64,000 bases of DNA, from the IMG/VR virus record IMGVR_UViG_3300011116_001227; one strand, written 5' to 3'. Below the pieces are notes generated by a model. The model was given only the letters and a program-made list of their open reading frames with translations, did not search any database and was not told where the DNA came from. Numbering within the stretch: position 1 is the stretch's first letter; each line of letters starts with the position of its first letter. Shown here piece by piece: positions 57,845 through 64,000 of the stretch. The stretch comes from a virus. Its lineage: Duplodnaviria; Caudoviricetes. Both the position numbers and the translations under genes were made by a program.

Positions 57845-58987
57845 TCATAATATTTCTCCAATATTGTTAATAACAGCTTCTAGTTTAACAGAGAATTCTT
57901 TCGCATGCTTTTCAGCATCTATCCTCTTACTCATTGCAGCTGTAATAAGCCTAATTCCTTCATCAATCTCTTGTGAAAAAGAGTAAAAGTTAATGTCGTC
58001 TGGAATTGCAATGTCTATGCTGTTTGCTGACAATGACTTTATTCTTTTAAAAATAAATTCTTTAGATTCTTCTCTTGAATCTTCAGCTTTCTTTTTTAAT
58101 CTATCTATATGAGACCTAACGACATCAGTTGTTCTAGAATTTTTTAAAAGTATTCCATCATTTATGATCAACATAGAATCAATGTCTCTTAAATTAGACA
58201 CATTAATAGAAGATATTAGTTCACCTTTAAGACAAGACACAACATCACAACCCGCAACCACTGCAATATCAACAAGAGTATTGACGTTTTCTACGTCAAA
58301 TTGAACTTTAAACGGAAAACACGTCAGAGATTCTCTGTTGTTATTTACACTAATTGTATTCAAAACATCATCGGACATTCCTCTACAGAATATAGCTAAG
58401 GGTCGACCGGTCTCGTTCGTAGAAAAATGCTGGAATAAATGGTGAAGTTCAGAAACGTCTTCTACAAAACCGTCAATGCACACAGCTTTTAAAGACTTTA
58501 TATGACTTCTTTTTTGTTTGACTAAACTTTCAACATTAAAATGATAGCTGTTTGAAGATTCTATAAAAGTCTTATCGTTGATAGACTTTTTTAATTTTAT
58601 TCTCGTATGAGCATGACATAAAGTTAAAACTTCTTTCAATAAAGAAGAAGACTTTAAAGTTAGATTTAAGCGATCTATTTCTTTCTCTAGATCTTTTTTA
58701 GTCTTTGGTACATCTTTTTTCAGAGATAATTCTAAACTGATACCAGAAAATATTTTTATCATCTCAGATCCAGCACCAGGACACGAACGTTCAGATTTTT
58801 CTGCAAAGTCTAAGATTATCTCAAATAATTTTTGTGTCTTCTTATCTGAAAATCGCTTGCAAAAAAGATGTTGCAACTTTCTTTGTGATCTAAGAGATCC
58901 ATCTTTTTCAAATTTTAGAGAAAATTCTACATTTGAATTTTCTTTTAAAAATGATTTAATACAAGAAATTTCTTTAAAGTTAGACAC
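57845..58987 (-). CDS. Degenerate GroEL/Cpn60-like chaperonin, 380 aa
   Basis: CIDGFVEDVSEL, PLAIFCRGMSDDVLNTISVN, LVDIAVVAG, FIFKRIKSL resemble the GroEL apical/intermediate region; no GDGTT ATP motif. Confidence 0.6.
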   Translation of the reverse strand: MSNFKEISCIKSFLKENSNVEFSLKFEKDGSLRSQRKLQHLFCKRFSDKKTQKLFEIILDFAEKSERSCPGAGSEMIKIFSGISLELSLKKDVPKTKKDLEKEIDRLNLTLKSSSLLKEVLTLCHAHTRIKLKKSINDKTFIESSNSYHFNVESLVKQKRSHIKSLKAVCIDGFVEDVSELHHLFQHFSTNETGRPLAIFCRGMSDDVLNTISVNNNRESLTCFPFKVQFDVENVNTLVDIAVVAGCDVVSCLKGELISSINVSNLRDIDSMLIINDGILLKNSRTTDVVRSHIDRLKKKAEDSREESKEFIFKRIKSLSANSIDIAIPDDINFYSFSQEIDEGIRLITAAMSKRIDAEKHAKEFSVKLEAVINNIGEIL

Positions 58988-59031
58988 TAAAAATCAGTGT
59001 ACAACTTTTGTAGATTCTTTTACAAGAATTT

Positions 59032-59589
59032 TTATAATTTTGTCTCAAGCCATTTAAACAAAAGCGTCAAAGCACCGCCGGCTATTGCTACTACAACCCA
59101 CCTCACTGCACCAGAAATAGAATTTTTACTTTCTTGAAGATCTTCAACATTTTTTTCTAAAGCTACAATCTTTTCAGAAGACTCTTCAGAGATTGTTTCA
59201 AGCTTTACGTCTTCTTTGTCTTTTTGTTTTTTCCACTCATTGATCTCTATTAGCTTTTGTTCGGTTTCATTAATTTTACTAACTGTCTCTGCAGTTGTCG
59301 TATTAATCTTAGAAAAAATTCCATCGTGTGGATCGTAGATTGCATCGTGAATTTTGTCGACTTTATCGACTAATTGTTCTTGATTTTGCTCTATTTTTTC
59401 AATTTTAAACATTAAGATATCAAAGCCGCCATTCAAAGCTGCGCTTCCGACTATCTTCTTATGAATATCTTCAAGAACTTTTTTCTTTTGAGCCGCTGGT
59501 CTTTTTGACATTGTTGTTTTTGGACTTGATTTTTTAATTGAAATCTCAGCTGATTTTATTTTTCCATCAGTTAATTTTGACATATACAA
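59032..59589 (-). CDS. Coiled-coil protein with C-terminal transmembrane helix
   Basis: Heptad centre; AVRWVVVAIAGGALTLLFKW at the C-terminus. Confidence 0.6.
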   Translation of the reverse strand: MYMSKLTDGKIKSAEISIKKSSPKTTMSKRPAAQKKKVLEDIHKKIVGSAALNGGFDILMFKIEKIEQNQEQLVDKVDKIHDAIYDPHDGIFSKINTTTAETVSKINETEQKLIEINEWKKQKDKEDVKLETISEESSEKIVALEKNVEDLQESKNSISGAVRWVVVAIAGGALTLLFKWLETKL

Positions 59590-59610
59590 AGTCTCGCTAG
59601 CGGTTATTTT

Positions 59611-59705
59611 TAGCTATAAATATCTAGCTTAGTAAGCTATTTAAGCTATTAAATAAGCTAATAAAATTAAATATTTAATAGTTTTTATAAGCTAAATAAA
59701 GCTTT
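59611..59705. repeat. AT-rich intergenic cluster of seven (T/A)AGCT(A/T) units
   Basis: AGCT at 59612, 59626, 59635, 59644, 59656, 59690 and 59700, between divergent genes. Confidence 0.7.
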
Positions 59706-59722
59706 AAGCAAAAGGATTAGCA

Positions 59723-61627
59723 GTGAACAGCTTTAAAGATACAATATTTGTAAATCCAAATTCTTTGATCGACCCTTCATCAGAAGTAATATTCGTTGCT
59801 GATCTTTTTGTTGAAGATTATGTGGGAGGAGCAGAGTTAACATCTGAAGCCTTGATTGAAGAATCACCTTATAAAATTCAAAAGCTTCATTCTTCAAAAG
59901 TCAATCTGGCGACTCTGGATCAAGGAAAAGAAAAATTTTGGATATTTGGAAATTTTAGTCAATTAAATCCAGAATTACTTCCCAGTATTGTAGCTAATCT
60001 AAGATATTCCGTGCTTGAATACGACTACAAATACTGTAAGTTTAGATCCCCAGAAAAACATCAAGCTGCAACCGGAACATCTTGCGATTGTCACGAAAAT
60101 ATTACAGGAAAGATTGTTTCAGCTTTTTATTACGGCTCAAAGTGCATGTGGTGGATGTCAGAGGCACAAAAGCAAAGATATCTTAGCAAATTTCCTTTCT
60201 TAGCTGAAAAAGACAACATTGTTTTATCCAGCGTCTTTTCAAAAGAAACTCTGGGATACATTACTCACTTAAAACAAAAATCTTCTTCTATTGATAGAAA
60301 AGGATGGATAGTTTTAGGCTCTGATTCTTGGGTAAAAGGTGCTAACGAAGCAAAGAATTGGTGTGAAGAAAATAAAAAACAATACGAAGTCTTGTGGAAT
60401 CTTTCGTATGAAAAGTTACTAGAAAAATTATCAACATCCGAAGGATTTGTCTATCTTCCTTCAGGAGCTGATACTTGTCCTAGAATGGTAATAGAAGCTA
60501 AGCTTCTTGGATGTAAGCTTCATCTCAACGATAATGTCCAGCACAAAAACGAAGAATGGTTTGCAACTGATGACATTCAGTCTATTTCGGATTATCTTTA
60601 TTCATCTCCAGAAGTATTTTGGAAAGCGATTAAGAAAATCAATGATAAAAAATTGACCATTAGCGGATACACAACCACATACAACTGTCTTAAACAAGGA
60701 TATCCTTTTGTAGAGTCTATCAAATCAATGTTACAGTTTTGTAATGAAGTCTGCATAGTAGATGGAGGATCTACAGACGGGACGCTTGATGTTATTTCTA
60801 AATTACAAAGAGAAGACGATAGAATAAAATTTAAAGTTGTAGAAAGAGATTGGAATAATCCTAGATTTGCTGTTTTTGATGGTCAACAAAAGGCAGAGTC
60901 TAGGTCAATGTGCACCGGTGATTTCTGTTGGCAGATGGACTCTGATGAAGTTGTCCATGAAGACGATGCTCAAAAAATTATTGACCTTTGCAAAAAGATT
61001 CCAAACAATATCGATATCGTAGCACTTCCCGTAATTGAATATTGGGGTGGACCTGAAAAAGTTAGATGTGATATTATGCCGTGGAAGTGGAGATTAAGCA
61101 AAAATGCTGCTTATATCACACATGGAATTCCCGTTGAATTACGAGGAAAAGATGATAATGGAAACATGTTTGCAGTTGGCGGAACAGATGGCTGCGACAT
61201 GATTCATAAAGAATCAGGCCAAAGAATTCCTCATGTAACTTTTCACACACCTGAATCAGAATCTGCAAGACAAGCTGCAGTTCAAGGAAACAAAGAAGCA
61301 TTAAACACTTATCAAAATTGGTTTAATGAAGTCGTCAAATCTTTGCCAGGAGTTCATCATTATTCTTGGTACGATATTCCTAGAAAAATGAGACTCTACA
61401 GAGACTACTGGACAAAGCACTGGAATTCTCTTTATAACAAATCTCTTGAAGATACTGCTGAAACGAACATGATGTTTGACATGCCTTGGTCTGAAGTCAC
61501 TGAAGATATGATAGAAGCTAAGGCTAAAGAATTAAAAGAAAAAACAGGCGGATGGATTTGGCACAGCAAGTGGCAGGGACAGTCTATTCCGTTTATTAAA
61601 GTCAATGTATCGGAACCTAAAAAATGA
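59723..61627 (+). CDS. Two-domain glycosyltransferase (GT-B-like plus GT2/GT-A)
   Basis: GFVYLPSGADTCPRMVIEAKLLGC (GT-B donor motif); ISGYTTTYN, IVDGGSTDGT, WQMDSDE (GT2 DxD). Confidence 0.85.
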   Translation: MNSFKDTIFVNPNSLIDPSSEVIFVADLFVEDYVGGAELTSEALIEESPYKIQKLHSSKVNLATLDQGKEKFWIFGNFSQLNPELLPSIVANLRYSVLEYDYKYCKFRSPEKHQAATGTSCDCHENITGKIVSAFYYGSKCMWWMSEAQKQRYLSKFPFLAEKDNIVLSSVFSKETLGYITHLKQKSSSIDRKGWIVLGSDSWVKGANEAKNWCEENKKQYEVLWNLSYEKLLEKLSTSEGFVYLPSGADTCPRMVIEAKLLGCKLHLNDNVQHKNEEWFATDDIQSISDYLYSSPEVFWKAIKKINDKKLTISGYTTTYNCLKQGYPFVESIKSMLQFCNEVCIVDGGSTDGTLDVISKLQREDDRIKFKVVERDWNNPRFAVFDGQQKAESRSMCTGDFCWQMDSDEVVHEDDAQKIIDLCKKIPNNIDIVALPVIEYWGGPEKVRCDIMPWKWRLSKNAAYITHGIPVELRGKDDNGNMFAVGGTDGCDMIHKESGQRIPHVTFHTPESESARQAAVQGNKEALNTYQNWFNEVVKSLPGVHHYSWYDIPRKMRLYRDYWTKHWNSLYNKSLEDTAETNMMFDMPWSEVTEDMIEAKAKELKEKTGGWIWHSKWQGQSIPFIKVNVSEPKK

Positions 61628-61986
61628 AAGAAAATAAGCTACATCAATCTATTTCTAAGCTCATCACAGAGAGATTAGCAAGAAGAGCGGGAGAGAAATT
61701 AGATTCTTCAACTTGCAGCTCAATTTATCAAGATATATTTTTTACATTGGCTGAAGTTTTTAAAGAAGCACAAACTCCACTATGTAATGAGTCTGTAAAT
61801 CTTTTGTCGCAGATGTACTATGATTCTATTAAAATAAATAACACAATAGAACTAGACCCAAATATCTTTACTCAAAGAGCCAGTCTTAAAAATATCGAAA
61901 TAAAAGAAATTGCACTTTTAGCAACAATGATGAATGGAACAGCATTTGCTACTATCTTCATAGAAGAAGTGAGGAAAAGATCTTGA
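61624..61986 (+). CDS. Hypothetical protein, 120 aa
   Basis: Coupled ORF in the GT operon. Confidence 0.6.
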   Translation: MKENKLHQSISKLITERLARRAGEKLDSSTCSSIYQDIFFTLAEVFKEAQTPLCNESVNLLSQMYYDSIKINNTIELDPNIFTQRASLKNIEIKEIALLATMMNGTAFATIFIEEVRKRS

Positions 61987-62708
61987 ATCATAATGTAACA
62001 ACTTACATCTGCGGCTTAAAGCTAGACGGTTTTATAAAACCAGTTCATATTGGCCCAAAGCTTGTTTTCATTGATTGTGGAGCAAGACAAGGTGAAAATT
62101 TTATGTGGGATGGAGTCACACCAGACTCAGGTATTATGTCTAGAAATTTACAGGTGTGTCTATCTAGACCCGGTATTCCTATCGTCGCAAGTTCTCTTAG
62201 AGGAGCAGAAATACACATGTTTGAGCCGAATTCCATGTGGAAAAAAGAGCGACACGAAATAGCAAAAGAAGTCTCAAAATCAGCTCTAGCAGTTTATGTT
62301 CATGACTGCGCAGTTTGGACAAAGAACGAAAAAAAGAATTTCTTTGTAGGAATAGATGAGTTTGGTGATTTAGGAAGTTCTCTTTGTGAAGATAAAAATG
62401 AAAAGCTCGATAGAGAAAATCCCTGTGAGGTAGATTGTATTGATCTTGCAGATTTCATTATTAAAAACTTTAAAGTAAGTGATAATGTCATTCTAAAGAT
62501 TGATGTTGAGGGAGCTGAGTACGACATACTTCCTTGTATGATTAATATTCAAGAGTGTATGGAGAGAATTGATTCTTTATTTGTTGAATGGCATCCTAAC
62601 TTTTTTCCTGAAAAACATAGTCAGTTATTTCCTCAACTCTTCCAAATTTTTTCTCATTTATCGGTCCAGAATGGATTACATTACGCACCATGGCATCCTG
62701 CTTGGTGA
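61983..62708 (+). CDS. FkbM-family SAM-dependent methyltransferase
   Basis: FIDCGARQGE, HMFEPN, LKIDVEGAEYDIL, FVEWH. Confidence 0.85.
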   Translation: MNHNVTTYICGLKLDGFIKPVHIGPKLVFIDCGARQGENFMWDGVTPDSGIMSRNLQVCLSRPGIPIVASSLRGAEIHMFEPNSMWKKERHEIAKEVSKSALAVYVHDCAVWTKNEKKNFFVGIDEFGDLGSSLCEDKNEKLDRENPCEVDCIDLADFIIKNFKVSDNVILKIDVEGAEYDILPCMINIQECMERIDSLFVEWHPNFFPEKHSQLFPQLFQIFSHLSVQNGLHYAPWHPAW

Positions 62709-62712
62709 ATAA

Positions 62713-63576
62713 ATGAAGCTTGTTACAAATAATTATGGTTGTGGAACTTCGTCTTCTATTTTAGACTATGGCATCAAAGACGTAGTAATTGTTTCAGAAG
62801 AAAATTACGATCATATTTTCGATGTCGAAGATGATCTTTTCTTTATTGGACACGATTTTCTTTTTTATTTGTGGGACAATGAAGAAAAATTAAAAAGATG
62901 GATAGATCGATCTCAGAAATACGAACACTGGATTTGGTGTTTTGAGAGAATTGATGCTATTGTACCGATATGGCAACAAAAAAGTCATGCTTCGCTTTCT
63001 ATAGCATCAAAATTTTGCAAGAGAATTTTTGCATGCGATGAAGATGACTGTGACAAATATAATTTTGAATGGTTGCCTCAATGGGCATCTCGAAATTTTT
63101 ATGACTTAAGAAATTCTCAACAGCCAGCTACTGATAAAATTTTATTTAGCGGTCAAGCTGGAATACCAGAATACCACATGAGAAATATTTTGCTTTCCAA
63201 TATTTTGAACAGTGAAGAATTAAAAGATAAGATTTCTATTACAAATACAAAAAGAAGTCTTACATGGGAAGAGTACATACAAAATTTCTTATTTCATAAG
63301 ACAATATTGAATCCTGTCGGTATATTAAAAGGACTCAATACGAGAGCATATGAAGCACTATATGCTGGAAGATTTTTACTTCAACATGCAGCAGGAATTT
63401 ATAAACGTCATGAGAGCTTGCTTCAAGATAATCCTGGCGTGATATTTTTTAGAGATCATTCTGACTTAAAGAAAGCAATTCTAGAATCAGAGATAAGATC
63501 TACAAATACTGAAAAATCTTTTAGTGAACATTCTCTTTACGCAAGAATGAAAATGATTGGAATTGATATCAAATGA
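62713..63576 (+). CDS. Putative glycosyltransferase (GT-B-like, spore-coat/CgeB-type C-terminus)
   Basis: ILFSGQ...R..LL...LNPVG...LNTRAYEALYAGRFLL pattern. Confidence 0.55.
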   Translation: MKLVTNNYGCGTSSSILDYGIKDVVIVSEENYDHIFDVEDDLFFIGHDFLFYLWDNEEKLKRWIDRSQKYEHWIWCFERIDAIVPIWQQKSHASLSIASKFCKRIFACDEDDCDKYNFEWLPQWASRNFYDLRNSQQPATDKILFSGQAGIPEYHMRNILLSNILNSEELKDKISITNTKRSLTWEEYIQNFLFHKTILNPVGILKGLNTRAYEALYAGRFLLQHAAGIYKRHESLLQDNPGVIFFRDHSDLKKAILESEIRSTNTEKSFSEHSLYARMKMIGIDIK

Positions 63577-64000
63577 TTTCTGAATTAGAAAAAAATTCAA
63601 TTCGATTAAATTGGAAAGAAATATCTAGAAAATTACCTCTTATTTGTGGTTTAAAAACACTCAATGCAGAATTAACAATTTATTCTGTATTAAGACAAGC
63701 TTACCATCAGTTTGATTGCATTGTTATTACTGATGATGGATCAACAGACGGAACAAAAGAAGAAATTGTTAGATGTGTCAAAGATTTTGAGATTAAAAAT
63801 CTAATCTTTGTAGATGTTAGCACAATAAATCCTTGGGAAGATAATCAGATAGAGAAACGACCTGGCGATCATCATGTTCCTCGCCCAGATGGAAAGACAC
63901 ATGCAAAAGCTCAGTGGAAGTCTTATGAATTTATAAAAAAGAATTTTCAAAATTCTATCTTTGTCTCTCTTGAAGACGATGTAATCTTAGAAGATAATAT
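63573..64000 (+). CDS. GT2-family glycosyltransferase, partial; runs off the right edge
   Basis: Not in the track. Manual translation MISELEKNSIRLNW...KTLNAELTIYSVLRQ...IVITDDGSTDGT. Confidence 0.75.
   Translation, partial: MISELEKNSIRLNWKEISRKLPLICGLKTLNAELTIYSVLRQAYHQFDCIVITDDGSTDGTKEEIVRCVKDFEIKNLIFVDVSTINPWEDNQIEKRPGDHHVPRPDGKTHAKAQWKSYEFIKKNFQNSIFVSLEDDVILEDN

Noticed and set aside
59032-59589. Calling this a holin
   Set aside because: A single C-terminal TM helix plus coiled coil is compatible but not diagnostic, and it is far from the endolysin; left as hypothetical.
1-64000. Stop-codon reassignment (code 4 or 15) as in some large phages
   Set aside because: Conserved genes are full length under the standard code, and TGA and TAG both terminate genes at expected ends (for example sheath TGA at 1324, endolysin TAG at 8400).

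Overview
A 64-kb segment of a large, T4-like (contractile-tailed) dsDNA phage genome, mostly AT-rich and almost entirely encoded on the minus strand. It covers most of the morphogenesis region: two tandem tail sheath genes, gp15/gp14/gp13-like neck genes, major capsid, scaffold, prohead protease, an intein-containing portal, large terminase, gp4-like head completion nuclease and large baseplate/tail proteins. It also holds a replication/recombination block (split SbcD/SbcC, primase, RuvC-like resolvase, DinG-like helicase), host-interaction genes (PIN-PhoH, sigma70 region 4-only protein, Hc1-like protein, ClpP, degenerate GroEL) and the start of a glycosyltransferase/methyltransferase cluster. 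Four things stand out. (1) A three-gene exported module: a CxxCH lipoprotein of DUF1549/1588/1585 type, a Cys-rich lipoprotein and a Tat-exported DUF1501-like protein, of a kind familiar from myxobacteria/planctomycetes. (2) An SbcD nuclease split by a free-standing homing endonuclease, with charge-complementary new ends. (3) A homing-endonuclease turnover hotspot behind the capsid gene, flanked by a 33-bp direct repeat. (4) A shared N-terminal motif on several small proteins that resembles a capsid-targeting sequence. All family assignments come from motif recognition by eye; no database search was run. No tRNA, rRNA or CRISPR array was seen.
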